This document shows positions 1 to 12,681 of a stretch of DNA of 64,000 nucleotides, one piece after another; position 1 is the stretch's first letter; each line of letters begins with the position of its first letter. Origin of the DNA: Raillietiella orientalis. Its lineage: Eukaryota. The notes under the pieces were generated by a model. The model saw nothing but the letters and a program-made list of their open reading frames with translations, was not told where the DNA came from and searched no databases. Location: contig JAYWIR010000040.1 of the NCBI GenBank assembly GCA_036172245.1, positions 310,001-374,000 on the forward strand, in the 5' to 3' direction. Position numbers and translations under genes: made by a program.

Positions 1-2400
1 CGCAAGGACGTGGCAGCGGGCCCTGACAGTGTACCCATCTCTCACTATCAGCGGTACTTGCATGCCTACCTGCGTTTGTTCCACCAGTTGACCCTCTGCA
101 TCCGTGAAGAAGGAAGACTTCCACAGTCCTTCTACGAGAGTCGGATGAGATTGTTGCCAAAAGGAGGCGACCTCACGCAGGTCGCTCAATGGAGGCCAAT
201 CTCGATCCTGAACTCGGATGCCAAGTGGTTGGCGAAGATCTGGTCCAACCGCTTAGGCAAGGTCATGTCGAGGCTCATCTCTCCGGTCCAAACGTGTGCA
301 GTCCCTGGACGTCACATGTCGGACAATGTCAAGTGTGCCCAGGCCACCGTCGGACTCAGCCAATACGTCGGCGAGAATCTGGCGCTGGTGTTCACTGACA
401 TGGAGAAGGCTTTCGACTCCATCGACCATAAGATGCTGCTGATGGTTCTGGAAAAGCTCGGACTTACGGAACACTTCAGCAACTTCGTGAGAATGGTACT
501 CCAGAACCAGTACTGTTGAATCAAAATCAAAGGCCAGGAGGCGGCAGCAATCCGGATGGAACGGGGAGTCCGGCAGGGCGATTCGTTTAGTCCTATGCTG
601 TTCGTCATCTACATGGAGGCGTTGTGGTCCTTTATCGAGAAGAGCGGACGACTGCAAGGCATAACAATAGATGGCCAGCGTCTTACTTATCTGGCATACG
701 CTGATGATCTACTCTTCTTTATCAAGGGAGAGAGAAATCAACGAGCGTTTCTTTATGTGGTAGACCTGATGGATCAAGGCCTCGGTCTAAAGAGCAACGC
801 CCATAAAAGCCAGCTCTTGCCCGTTGGAATCCTCGATCTCTCCACTCTAGCAAGGAGAGGATTCCGAACGGTGGACAAGGCCAAGTACCTGGGTGTCTAC
901 ATTGGCGACGTCTCCGCGTCGAAGCTATTGTGGACCGAGATCCTAGGGAAAACGCCCAAGGAAGCAGCCAAGTACACCCGAACGGACCTTGGAATGAAGC
1001 GAAAGGCCAACATATGGAACGAAGTACTCCTTCCAAAAGTGCTCTTCGGGGCGGCCTTCGCGAGGATAAACAAGGACACTACTAGGGAGTTCGACAAGCT
1101 GCAAAGAAAAACACTCTGGGGCCACTATCGCCCAAGAGTAAGACTGAAACCCCTGTGTCGTCCCAGGGAAGAAGGCGGTTCCGGGATGAAGTCGCTTGCA
1201 CACTCCATAGAAATCATGGATACGCGACACATCCTGGACATTGCCACTCACTGGGATGACTGGCCGTATGCGGCGCACAGGGCCTACGCGTTGTTGCTTA
1301 ACAACTCGAAAGGCCTTATGACTGCGCTGCTAGGCCGAGCAGGCAAATGGAACAAAATCGACCCCACCTGGACGAGGAAGCAACGGCTGGTGCGGAAGCA
1401 CCAAATCAAGATCGTGCCGCGAAGCAGGGAACTCTGGCAGGACGAGTCCATCCTGGTGATCCCTTGGTTGCTTCCTGTCCCGCCGGACACGAGAAGCTGG
1501 ATCTACCAGCGGTCCAGTGTTACCCTACTACAAATCCAGGAGTGGAGGCGAGGAGGCTACCTACATCAAACACGTATACTTCGGTATACAGAGATGATGT
1601 TAGGAAGGTTTACCCACAGGACCCGCGAAGTGTGGTTCAACCACAACGACTTCGCATGGTCGAGGGTAACCAGAACAAACCTCCAAAGGCTTATCAAAGA
1701 AAACGACCGTGACACCAGTGCCCTCCAGGAAGCCACCGAACGCTACGGGAGTGAACGGTTCAACCTGTTAGCGATCGGCACGACGCTCTGGAGGAGTGAC
1801 CTTCCGCCGGGCACCCAGGATGACCTCCTCATGTTTGATCACGGAGGAATCCAGAGTGGGTCCCGATTGCAGCACTTCACAGGAAGACGGGAAGACCGAG
1901 ACTGCGCAGCATGTGGAGACGACGACACGAGACTTCACGTCTTGACGTGTCCCACACTGCTGCATGACTGGCTGATCCTGAAAAGGATCATAGGACTTAC
2001 CAACAAGTCCGTTATGGAGATCCTCGCCGGGATGTTTCATGGGGATGGTAATGTTCCCTGTTACAATCCCATGGTGAGGACGACCATAGCCCTCTTCATC
2101 ACCGCCATACTTGTGCGGTGATGGAAAATGAGGAAAGCCAGGAGAGTCGCACCACCGATGGAGATCCTACAAGGGCTCTTGAAGAGGGAAATCGGCATCA
2201 GGAACTGCGGGAAGATCCACGCCTGGACGTACCGATTCATCCTGAAGAGGATCCAGGACGACGCCCGGGACCATCCAGCTGGAATTCCCCCCTGAAAAGC
2301 AGAACTCTAGTGCAACCCAAGGACCCCCAGGTGCAAAATGTTTGTATTGAGTGAATGAGAGTGCGAATGTAAATTTTGTATTTTTATAGAAAAATAAACT
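1..2400 (+). mobile_element. Tx1/L1-like non-LTR retrotransposon A, ORF2 3' part (RT + C-terminal CCHC) and 3' UTR; decayed
   Basis: ORFs 10..519 and 556..2121 are in one frame split by TGA at 517-519. RT motifs GPDS, LLPKGGD, WRPISILNSD.K, DMEKAFDSIDH, GVRQGDSFSP, YADD, KYLGV and C-terminal CAAC..DTRLHVLTC. The frame continues past a second TGA (2119-2121) to about 2295, followed by an AT-rich UTR. Confidence 0.9.
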
Positions 2401-2696
2401 TACCCCACCCCTTGTGGGACTTGGGGAAACCTGCCGAGTCGGTGAACTTGCTTCGCGGCTCAAAGTATTGTGCGCTCGACAACATAATCAGTTAATTGTG
2501 CTCGTGTGTGCCCGAAGAGGGGAAGTTTTCCAGACGAAACTACAAAAGAAGCGGCGAGGAGATCGCGGCAAAAGACCTGCAGTGGTCCCGTGCAGCAAGA
2601 CCAGCTGCCAGGATGCAGGCACCTGGAGGAGGAGTGGAGAGACCGTCGTCCCCCATGGAAGCCATGGAGGTAACGTGCGGCAACGGCGAGGCGGTG

Positions 2697-2918
2697 GCAG
2701 GCATGCCGAGGATCGCGCCCGCAGCAGGCTTTGCTGCGCCGGCGGCGGCGACGCCAAGGGTCGTGCCCGCGGCGACGACGGCGGAGGTCGTGCCCGCGGC
2801 GGCGATGCCGAGGATCGTGCCCGCGGCGGGGAAGGTTGCGCCTGCGGCGGCGATGCCGAGTGTGCCGCCCGCGGCGGCAACGGTGGCGACGTCGAGGGTT
2901 GCGCTCGCGGCGGCGGCG
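2697..2918 (+). repeat. Degenerate GC-rich coding minisatellite (about 24-30-bp unit) in ORF1 of element B
   Basis: Repeats of gcggcggcgatgccgaggatcgtgccc-like units encoding AAAMPRIVP / AAATPRVVP / AATTAEVVP. Confidence 0.8.
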
Positions 2919-4953
2919 TCCCAGGCAGAACCCGCAGGCGTCCACGCGGTTCAGGGCGAGACGCCATCTTGTTCGGCTGCGGCGTCGCAGCCCTTTTCTT
3001 ATGCGTTGGTGGCGGCTGGACAAGTGGGTGTCCACCCACCTAGAAAATTCGGAAAGCCGCTATGCGGCAAAGTCCAAAAGGTGGATCGGACAATCGTGGA
3101 TTTAGGGCCGAATGTGAAGCCCATCATTTTCAAGACTGAGCTGATCAAATTCAATAATATCAGGAAGGTGTATCTGTCCCTCGATAAAACGGATATTAAT
3201 TTTGATCGCATAAAAGCGATCATATCGGCAAATAACGGGTTCACAGTTTTTATAGACTGTGCAAATATTAAAGAGCGATTGATCCAGAAGGAGATCAATA
3301 TACAAGGGAGGATGGTTTCTGGTATTGGCAAAATGCCATACACAACCGTCTTTCTGAACGGCATCTTCATCCTCACACCGCAACTAACGGTGTAGAATTT
3401 TTGGAGCTGTATGGGGAGGTTCTGGACCTTGAATTCCAGAACTTCTCTGGAAATATATTTTCTGGCGACATGATCGCCGAGATGAAGATGAAGGAGGGAG
3501 CTGTTATACCTGGGTTCGCGTTCATTGACGAACAATCCCAGGGAATGAACGCACGCTACCGGCAACAACCGGTATTCTGCACCGGGTGCAAGCAGTTCGG
3601 CCACAGGGCCGGCATTTGCCCAACATGCCGTTGCTTCCGCTGCGGCAAAGAAGGACATCAAGTCCTAAACTGCCCGCAACCGGAGGTGGCTCCTCCTGCA
3701 AGAAGCACAGACATGCTAAATGGAGCTGTCCGGAATTCGCCAATTGCAGAAGGATTCGAGGACTCTCTCCCGTGAGAGAGGGAAACATCAAGGAGGCCGA
3801 ACAGCCTCAGAAGTTGGCAGGAAGGCCGAAAAAGACGAAGGAAGCCGTCCATGTATCGACGGACGGCTTCATTGAGGTAGGAAAGAAAGGAAATAGGAGG
3901 ATGCTCGTCAAGGAGAAAGAAACCCCTCTTAATCTAGAAGGAGCAGCGCAGGAAGGCGTAAAGATGGAGGTAGCGCAGGAACGTGCGAAAGAAGGAAACC
4001 AGGAAGCCACTCCAGTGTCGCAGGAGGACCTGCAGTCCACGGAGGAGTTGGCAACACTAGCGGAGGAAGTTAAGGAGGTGCAAAGCGGGCCTCAGCAAGA
4101 GAAAATCTTGAGAACATCTGCAATGCACACGAGAAGGTGAACCAGGTTGTGGAGGTTACCGAGCGCGAGACGCTAGAAGAACAGCTTCTCGACGTAGAGG
4201 CGAACTTCTGCGCCAAGGTCGAGATAGAAGCGCTAATTCGCAAATTGATCGCGCGAGCCGAACACTCTACGGAGGAGGCGGAAGTAACCGACCTCACCGG
4301 AACAGAGAGTGACACCGGCAGCGAGAAGCGCGCTGCTTCTTCATCGTCTGGAAGAGCACGCTCTCTCAGACAGAACCAGCTTAGGAAGGCCAAGAAATAG
4401 GTCTTCCCCTTTTATGGCCTCTTCCCTATCGACCGCCAGGAGGCTGAACATCGCCTACTGGAATGTAAACGGTGTGGTCGACCAGGGAAAAAGAAAAAGG
4501 ATTGTGCGGACCATCGCACAACAAGACATTGTGTGCCTGCAGGAGACCCACAAGATGGGTCTCGAGATTAGTCACCAAATGGAACGGCGATTCAACGGGC
4601 AGGTGTTCGTCAGCGAGGGAGAACGGAACACGCAGGGTGTGGCGGTCCTAATCAAGAACCACTTGGCCCCCACTATTCTGGAAATGTTCTGTCCCCAACC
4701 CGGAGGAATCATCGGCTTGCGACTGGCCTGGTCCGCTACTGTTCACCTCATCCTGGTGAACGTGTACGGGGAGCTGAGGCTGAAACATCGTTGTGTGGAG
4801 GCGCTGCATGCAGCACTCCGTGAAAAGGTCGCCCCCAAGGACGTCGTGATTGTTGCTGGCGATCTCAACATATTGGATGAGATCACTCATTCCCAAGAAG
4901 CCAGAGGAAGGACGGCGTATCGGCGGTTATCCGACGAGTTCGGACTGGTGTGG

Positions 4954-5047
4954 NNNNNNNNNNNNNNNNNNNNNNNNNNNNNNNNNNNNNNNNNNNNNNN
5001 NNNNNNNNNNNNNNNNNNNNNNNNNNNNNNNNNNNNNNNNNNNNNNN
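4954..5047. other. Assembly gap (N run)
   Basis: Run of n characters. Confidence 1.
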
Positions 5048-5185
5048 AAGAGAAATCTGGCAACAGATATCTTCTGCATCCAGTACGGCAATCAAAGTCG
5101 ACACACGTCTGAAGATATCGTAGATGCCTTAGAAAGGCATTATACGGACCACTTTCGACGCGGACACCTGTGTCCAGCTACGGTA

Positions 5186-8100
5186 GTAGTGCCCTAGGAG
5201 GAGGCGAACGGCGGACGCAATTGTTGTGCGCTCCGTGGATAGGCAGTTTTTTGTCTGGTGCTTCGTGTGTGTTTCGCGGTTGTTGACAGGCAGAAATGCC
5301 TGTGTACGCCGCAGTTTCAGTGAGGGAGGCGGGAAGACCGCGACTCCCAAACCAAAGGAGGTGGGATCACGCCCCACCACTACTTCTGAACCTTCCCCCA
5401 CCACTAAGGCGAGGGCCTGGAGCGCGGTGGCAGCGGCGGAAACGCCCGTTGTCGCCGCCGAAATACAATCCTACATCCAGGAGGGCTACAATCCGGCCCT
5501 CCTGTACAAGGTAGGAAATTTATATTCCCCGTTGAGGGCGCGAAAGTTCGGCAATGCCATCAAAAAGATGGGCATTGCCGACTATGAAATTCTTTGACTC
5601 TCAATACGGAGCGGTGGGCAGTTGGCGGAGCTCATCTTCAAGGATGCAGCTCTTACCCGCAAAATGCTCTGCACGCCCGTACAATTTGAAGGCAGGAATT
5701 TACTCCCCCACAAGGTGGACCACTCCATTGTGGTTCACCTAACTGGGACAACAGTGCGGATGGATGAGAACGCCATCCGCGCTGAACTTGAAAAATTCGC
5801 AAGCGTTTTCGCGATGTGGAGAAAGCCCAACACCTTCGGAGTGAATGGTGCATTTAGTGGGCGAGTAGGCGCGCGCGTGACGCTGCGAAAAAGCGTGCAG
5901 CTTCCCCACAAGCTCCAAATTGGCGACGAGTTCGTCGACATTTGGTTTGTGGGGAAACCTAAATTCTGCGGCAATTGTAAGACGTTCGGGCACCTGAAAA
6001 AGCAGGGCCCGGACGCAGTTTGCCCAACGTGCGGCGCGAAGGGCCACACCAAAGTGGTGTGCCCGATGAACGTCGCTCCAACGCCGGAACTTCCGCAAAA
6101 GAAGGAAGGGAAGGCAAAAATAGTGATAAACCCCACAAAAGGGGATCAGCCGTCGGCTTCGACAAAAGTCGCGCAGCAGTAAAGGGGCTCGGTACAGGAG
6201 CTCCCGGAAAAGACTGCCGACGAGGAAGGCTGGCAGCTGGTCACCCGTAAAGTAAAAATCGTTAAAAAAACCGCGCCCGCACCGGCGAAAGTGGTGAAGG
6301 GCAAGGGGAAGGTCGCGCCACGCCCAACAATCAAAGCGTGCAGCGTGGCCATCAAACGCGTGCCGGCGATCGATACTCGCTCCGCTGACGGATCGATGCG
6401 ACGTGACGTCACGCCAGCTGTTCAAGCCGCCGCCGCGCGAACGCCGACGCCGCGACAAAGTCGCGAGCCCAGCGTGAGCAGCGACGACCGGGACTTCAAG
6501 AAGGCGGCGGAAGAGTTGGCAGCCATGCTCCAGCAGCCTCCCAAGGCCCAGAAGAAGGCCTTGAGGCGTCCGGCTGAGGCGAAAGGACCGGAAACTTCCG
6601 AATCCGAAGCCGAATCCGGCAACGCTCCGGCTGTCGCTCTCCCGAAGCGTAAAGCGGGCCGCATGGTGGGCAACCCGCGGCGCTCCGCACCTCCACCGGC
6701 GGAGGAGGAAATGCGGTCTAACCATGACGACGGGGAGGCGATGTCCGCGAGGTCTCGCGACTCCTCGGCGGAGGCGGTCCAAGCCAAGCAGGATCCTCCA
6801 ACCACCACCACAACCACCGACGGACCACCTCCTTGCGAGGAACAGTCCGTCGCAATGGACACACAACTCCCGCCAGCTGAACAGCAGGCGGACGGTTAGC
6901 AACCATAAACACACCAACGCATGGACTCTCCTCCTGCCGACGACTGCGCGTAATCTGTTGGAACGTCAACGGGTTGCGCGACGACGGCAAGAGGAGAGAA
7001 GTGGCCGCCAGCCTGCGGGACTTCGACCTGGCGCTTCTGCAGGAGACGCATGTGCTCCACGCAGAGGCCCAGGAAATCGAACGGATCGCAGGCGGGCGGC
7101 TCATATACCAAAACGGGAGAGACCGCACCCGCGGTGTGGCTTTTATGCTCAAGCCAGCCGTCGTTAATGCGCTGCGCGACGTGCACTTCGACGGGGAAGG
7201 TCAAATCGGGCAGCCTGTCACCAAGTGGTCCGACGCGATCGACCTCGTCGTGACCAACGTGTACGCGCCCGGCACGAGCCACAGGCGCGGGGAACGCACT
7301 GCGTTCTTCGAAGGCCTGCGGCGAGATTGGCTGGCCGAAGCAGACATGCGAAAGGCGCACCTCATTACCGGGGACTTTAACGTCCGCCTGCTGGCAGGTG
7401 CGCCCGACATTCGCGCACAGCTGGTCAACGAGATGTGTGCTGCCATGCACGCGCGCAACTTGTTGGCCGGTGACGCCGGGACGGAGACGAGGATCGACCA
7501 CATGTTCCTCGACAACCACCTGTGTTCGCGGGTGGGAAATCGAGGGGCAGTGCCATCCGAACTTTCCGACCATCCCCGGCTCGTGCTAGAAATACACCTG
7601 CGCGGTAGAGGTCCACCCTCCACAGCGTGGCGTTTGCCAGGGGACTGGTTGCGCCTCGCAGGAACAGCGCAATATCTTCGCTCGTACTTACAAGGCTTCC
7701 ATCTGCAGTCGCTCGCGGACCGGGACGACTTAAAGAACTCAGTCCGCGAGTTCTGCGACCAGTTTCCCCTGAACCGTCTCCCTCCAGGTTTCGGCGAATT
7801 GCTGAGGAACGACCGGGCATACCATCACGCCCGTCTTTACTCTAGGACTCCCGACGTTGGACGCCTGGCGGAGTATAAAGCTGGGGCTGAGCGACAGACC
7901 CGGCATTCCGGTCGGCCAGCTTGCTGTACGCCCAAGGCCAAGAATGCTCAGCTCCAGCGAAAATAGACCGCATCCTGCGTGACTTTTACTTCTTCTTGTA
8001 CGCGCGTAGGACAACAGAGCGCGCCGTCGCGCAGCGCTTGCTTCCGCAAGGCGCTCCCGCGTTACAGGAGGAGCAGAAACATCAACTTGAGGAGCCTTTC

Positions 8101-8880
8101 TCGATGGCGGAGATCATCTCCGCCATCGGAAAGCTCAGAAAGAGGAAAGCACCAGGGAAAGACGGTCTGCCCGTGGAGTGCTACCAAGGCTTCGTGGCGG
8201 AGATGGCCCCCCTGGTGCATCAGCTTTGCATGCTGATCCGAGAACAAGAGCACGTCCCCAAATCGTTCCGGTCAGCTAGAGTACGTCTCCTGCCGAAAGG
8301 AGGAGACAATCGCAACGTAGGCAACTGGCGTCCCATCACAGTAGTGAATGCGGATGCGAAGTTGCTTGCCAAGCTTTGGGCTGAGCGACTGGGACGGGTG
8401 GCGGAATCCGTGGTGAGTCCGGAGCAGACATACGCTGTTCCAGGACGATCCATGGAGGCCAACCTGTTCCTCGCCAGTACATGGTGGCAGTTGCAACAAA
8501 GCGAAGACCAGGGAGGTCAGGAGAATCCTGGATTCTCCTCTGACCATGTAGGGGACGCCCTTTATGGAAGAGCCGCGCCTGGAGCCCTTGCGGTCGCAGT
8601 CGATCTGCGTAAAGCGTTCGATTTCGTCGACCAGGAACTCCTTCTGGAGCTCCTGGAACGCTTGGGATTCCCGGCCGTCTTCCGGGCTTGCCTGCGCTCC
8701 TGCTGGCGCTTCGCTCTAATAAACATCACTTTTAGCGGGCGGCACGTGTACGGCGTGCCGGTTCGGCGTGGCATAAGGCAGGGTGACAGTCTGGGCCCCT
8801 TGCTCTTCAGCATCTACTTCGAGCTGGTGCTCAGGGCATACAGGGAGACTCTGGCAACCCTGCCAAGCTCATGTCCCGGC
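5186..8880 (+). mobile_element. Tx1-like retrotransposon C (second family): 5' UTR, ORF1, APE and RT, truncated just before YADD
   Basis: ORF1 in one frame 5226-6899 with stops at 5595 and 6180 (CGNCKTFGHLKK, CPTCGAKGHTKVVC). APE WNVNG/LQETH/GDFN/SDH at 6950-7600. RT APGKDGLP, WRPITVVNADAK, DLRKAFD, GIRQGDSLGP at 8100-8880. Confidence 0.9.
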
Positions 8881-10861
8881 ATCGCCAATACAGCCGACCC
8901 CCCGCGATCGCCTCAATCTCCTGGAGGTCTGCCGCGGTGATCACGTGGATCTCCTGCAGCAGGGCCAGGTCGAACTCTCGCAAGGTGTCGGCCGTGTCTC
9001 GTCCGTTGCCGTCATCGCGCAGTTCGTTTACATTCCAACAGGCCATGCAGATCCGACGGCGACTGGCGAGCCCAGGTGTTAACCCTGGGAAAGTGGCTGT
9101 GGGGCGTCCGCCACCTTCTGGGGCGGGACGCTAGGTGGAGGACCGGGAAGTGCTGAGGGCAGCTGGCCCCTTCCTCCATTGGTGTCGGCGCCTCGGACGG
9201 ATCACCCTCAGGTGGGGTCGCACCTACCGGTTGGCCCTCCTCCATGGGGGTGGACGGCACGACGAATTCCGAGCGTGGGAGTTCCCCTCCAAGATTCACA
9301 CGCTGCTGCTGCCTTCCGGCTTCTCGCTGGTGGAGGGGAGGCGCCTCCTGGGCTTCGGGGACTTGCGTCCCGACTTCCTGGGGGTGCATCCGCGGAGTAG
9401 GATGAGCTTCCGGCCCCCAAGTCGAACTCTCCTGTGAGGACGTTTTCCACCGGATCCGGCCTTCTCACGGCCTTGCGCAAAGGATTTTCGCGCTCAGCCA
9501 GCGTGGCCGCCAGCTCCTCCGCCGTCATCGCGAACGCGGCGTCCTCGCTTTGGGCGACTTCGTCGCCCGGCTGACCCTCTGCGCAAACAGAGGGCGACTT
9601 TTCGCGCGCACCCGTCGCGGCTGGATCTTTAACAGAAGCCGTATCGCCTATGGTGGTGTCGGCGGGAACGTCAATGCGCTCCAGCGTAACCGTGCATTCT
9701 CGGAAAGTTTTTACGCGCGGCACGGATTTAGCTTTTGTTCCGGACGCCAGCTTCCCTCCTTTCTTCGGGACATGTTTGTCCTTTTTCTTTTTTTTGGCTT
9801 TGACTAGCTGCGAGCCCTCTTCTCCCTCTGCGGTTTCGGGAAGATTTTTCTCCGACGCCGCGCTTGGAGATTGGGTCATTGGCAGCTTTTCTCGGCCAAT
9901 TTCCCGGTTTTCCGATTTTTCTTTCCCCCTCGCGTTTCCCTTGCGCCTTTTTGGCGGCCGAGGGAATCGGAATGGGGCGTTTAGGGGACACACGACGGAC
10001 GTGTTCCTTCTCCCCGCACAAGTAGCACTCGATGTTTGGGCACCTCTTTCGGATGTGTCCGACCGCATCGCAGTAGCCGCAATACCGTGGCTTGCCCGCA
10101 TACCAGAGGTCTACCGGTTCTCCCGCGACCTCAAGTTTGTGGGGAAGCTTCGCACCGTCTTTTGGGGTTACACGTGCCGCGGCGAGGCCCCCGAAGTGGC
10201 GCCCGTAGCCCTCAAAGATTGTGGGCTTCGGCCACAGCGCGTGTACGTCCCCTTATTTACATAGTTCTTCTTTGACGGCAGTGCGCGTCATGCGCTTAGA
10301 TATTCCTGTCAAGTGGACCACTACCGAGTGATCCATTGACACCGAGAAGATCTTACGGCCGTCCATGATCAGCGGGGTATTTATCAGGTGATCGGCTAGG
10401 CTGATGCTCTTGCACAGCAGCTCAACGCGTTGCGCCCCGCTGAGCACGCACAGACCTTCCAGATCTTCCTCACGGATATTCGCATTTTGAAGCGCTCTGC
10501 TGAAAGAGCGCGCCGTATTACCTTCAAATAAAGGGCCTACCTTATGCACAAGCGATGGCTTGCATCCACTGGCCCGATATGCAGCTTCCTCGGCCAAGGC
10601 CTCCGCACTGGGTGCGGCGACCATTTCGCTCCAAGTCTTCGCAGGCTGCGAAGACAGTCCTGACGCTATTTCCTCCACATCTGTAGGTGGTATGGGAGGA
10701 CTCGCCCCCTTATGCCTACCTCCATTGCGGTGTCCTCTCGCAAGGCTGCCATCGGACACCGACGACCCACACTACACCTTGGAAAAAAAGGAAACGAGAA
10801 GTTCCTTTCCAGACAGTCGCTCAAGGAGCGACCAAAAAAACACGTCCACCCACAACGACAC
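8881..10861 (-). mobile_element. Tx1-like retrotransposon D (same family as C), inverted: 5' UTR, ORF1 and APE N-terminus
   Basis: ORF 10253..10759 is homologous to C ORF1 (PSLVHKVG, DHSVVVHLTG); 9208..10101 shares F...AEELAA.L; 8831..9046 reads CWNVNELRDDG...FDLALLQEIH. Confidence 0.88.
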
Positions 10862-10958
10862 AATACTATTTACCGGATTGCATCTGCTGCGCAGTTACGC
10901 AGTATAAATACACACTCCACACAACGTACATCTAGTCCTACCTTTAGTGAATTTCAAG

Positions 10959-12057
10959 ATGCCATACGCACTTTTTTTTAATTGGTGTTTTACACTCTGC
11001 AACTTCTCAGAAGATGAACTCAAGGAAATAAAAGACTGGTGCAGAAGCAACTGCTTCTTCGCGTGCGTCGGTAAATAAGTCGCAAAAATAGGGACGCCAC
11101 ATCTTCAGGGATATATTCAACTCAAAGAAACTAGGACTCTACCTCGGCTCAAACGCAAACCATTTCAAAAATCTCATTTGGAAAAAGCTAGAGGCAGTCC
11201 ACAGAGCAACATACGGTACTGCACCAAAGACAAACAAGCATGGACATACGGAAGAATAAATGACAGCAACGAACCTACAGACTACCAAGACCTAGTAAGC
11301 CCTTCAACCATAAAATACAAACTAACCATTTCAATCGTAGATTCTTCAATTAATAGAAGACGGAGCAGATGAACATTTCATCTTGAAGAACCATACCAAA
11401 TTGTATAGCAAAAACATCAACTTCGTGAAAGAATGCTTCAGATTAACACGAAGCCGAGCTCACCCTAACCCTTTAGCCAACCTACAATTGAAGGCATGGC
11501 AAATGGATATACTTCAAATTATACGACACAAACCAGACCTTCGAAAAATTCACTGGTTTTACGACCCGATAGGAGGTGTTGGCAAAACAACCATGCCCAA
11601 ATTCCTATACCTTAAAAAGGCAGCCATTTACATGCACTCACGTAAAAAGGCAGACGCCGCCCACATTTACAACGGCGAAAGGATCATCGTCGTCGACCTG
11701 ACGAGAGATAAGCAAGAACTAGTCCAATATGGCTTCATCGAGACTCTCAAAAATGGGATCATCTTCGATAGCAAATATCAAGGAAGCATAAAGTATTTTC
11801 AACCTCCACATATTCTGGTTTTCTCTAACTGGGAACCAAACTATGAAAAGATGAGTTCAGACAGATGGATAGTACGGAACATATCCACAACCAACAGTAC
11901 AGCTCTGGTTCCTTGGATGATGGATGATGGTGGTGTCATTCTCCCTTGGGCTTGCACTTCAAGCCCTAGTACAGCGCAAGCCCGCGACTCGCCAGATTCC
12001 TCATCATCCATAGTGTCACCCCTTTCCCCCTTTTTTGATGTAATAAACAAAACCTAA
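10959..12057 (+). pseudogene. rep: CRESS-virus Rep, copy 1; two exons (10959-11294, 11341-12057), about 350 aa, one in-frame stop at 11076
   Basis: RCR motifs WCFTL, PHLQG, YCTK. Walker A GGVGKT, Walker B IIVVDL, motif C VFSN, Arg finger SSDRW. The GTAAG...ACTAAC...TAG intron restores the frame. Confidence 0.93.
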
Positions 12058-12083
12058 CTTTTAGCTTTTTGTATTGCATTCAT

Positions 12084-12630
12084 TTAATATAAACCAACAT
12101 CTCTCAAGTGCTTAAACTCTATGTAGTATCTTCTCGTTATTCTGAATATGGGAAATCCTTTACTCAAAGTTCCGTTCTTTGGACAGATACCTGACTGACA
12201 ACCCAACTTCAAATCATCAGGAATATCCACACCTGACATATGCTTCAACACATGCATCCTGTGGAAATGCACACGACACAAAGTTTCTCCATCCAAAGTA
12301 GAGCCTTGCCAACTATCTATCCAAGGGAAACGCCTATATCTATACAGATTTCCTTTTTCCTCATAACGCGTTTCACGGATATAACCTTTAGAATAGAACC
12401 TCAATCCACGAACGCCAAAGTAACGATCAAAGCAACCAGAAGTTTCAGCGTGACCGGCTATCCGCTCGTCTACCTTACTATAAGGCATTCCAGTTAAGCT
12501 TTCAAAAAAATTGGCCCTGGTTAGGACTTTGATACAACATGTTCCGATAAGACACTTTCATTCCGAACTCTTCACCCATGTTGCCAATTGTTAAACCCAA
12601 AGACAAGGGCTCTACTTTCACAGACAGAGT
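12084..12630 (-). pseudogene. cap: CRESS-virus capsid, C-terminal half, copy 1
   Basis: ORF 12084..12488 plus upstream KVEPLSLGLTIGNM..MKVSYRNMLYQS align with the full-length Arg-rich protein at 24490-25421; convergent with rep. Confidence 0.8.
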
Positions 12631-12646
12631 TTTGCATGTCAGCGAA

Positions 12647-12681
12647 ATGCAATCTGGGTAATACTATTTACCAGATTGCAT
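12647..12681 (-). promoter_or_regulatory. Intact rolling-circle origin stem-loop with nonanucleotide TAGTATTAC (copy 2)
   Basis: Perfect 11-bp stem atgcaatctgg (12647-12657) / ccagattgcat (12671-12681) with a 13-nt loop; GTAATACTA at 12658-12666 reads TAGTATTAC on the minus strand. TATAAATA at 12701. Confidence 0.95.

Larger units (their letters stand above)
2420..5185 (+). mobile_element. Tx1/L1-like retrotransposon B: ORF1 (two zinc knuckles), APE endonuclease and start of the linker; 3'-truncated
   Basis: ORF1 pieces 2496..3395, 3401..3775 (CTGCKQFGHRAGIC, CFRCGKEGHQVLNC) and an acidic tail to 4400. APE motifs WNVNG, LQETH, GVAVL, NVYG, AGDLN at about 4415-4953. Linker-like EDIVDALERHYTDHF after the gap. 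Confidence 0.85.
10862..12630. mobile_element. Endogenous CRESS-DNA virus copy 1 (half origin, promoter, rep, 3' half of cap)
   Basis: Abrupt shift to A/C-rich sequence. AATACTA plus right stem arm at 10862-10883, TATAAATA at 10903, convergent rep (+) and cap (-) with a 26-nt gap between stops. Confidence 0.93.

Noticed and set aside
2414..3105. Several long overlapping ORFs (Arg-, Gly- or Pro-rich) on both strands
   Set aside because: Shadow frames of the GC-rich minisatellite, which lacks stop codons.
5739..6917. 392-aa antisense ORF
   Set aside because: Lies opposite GC-rich ORF1, has no motifs and is not conserved in copies D, F or I.
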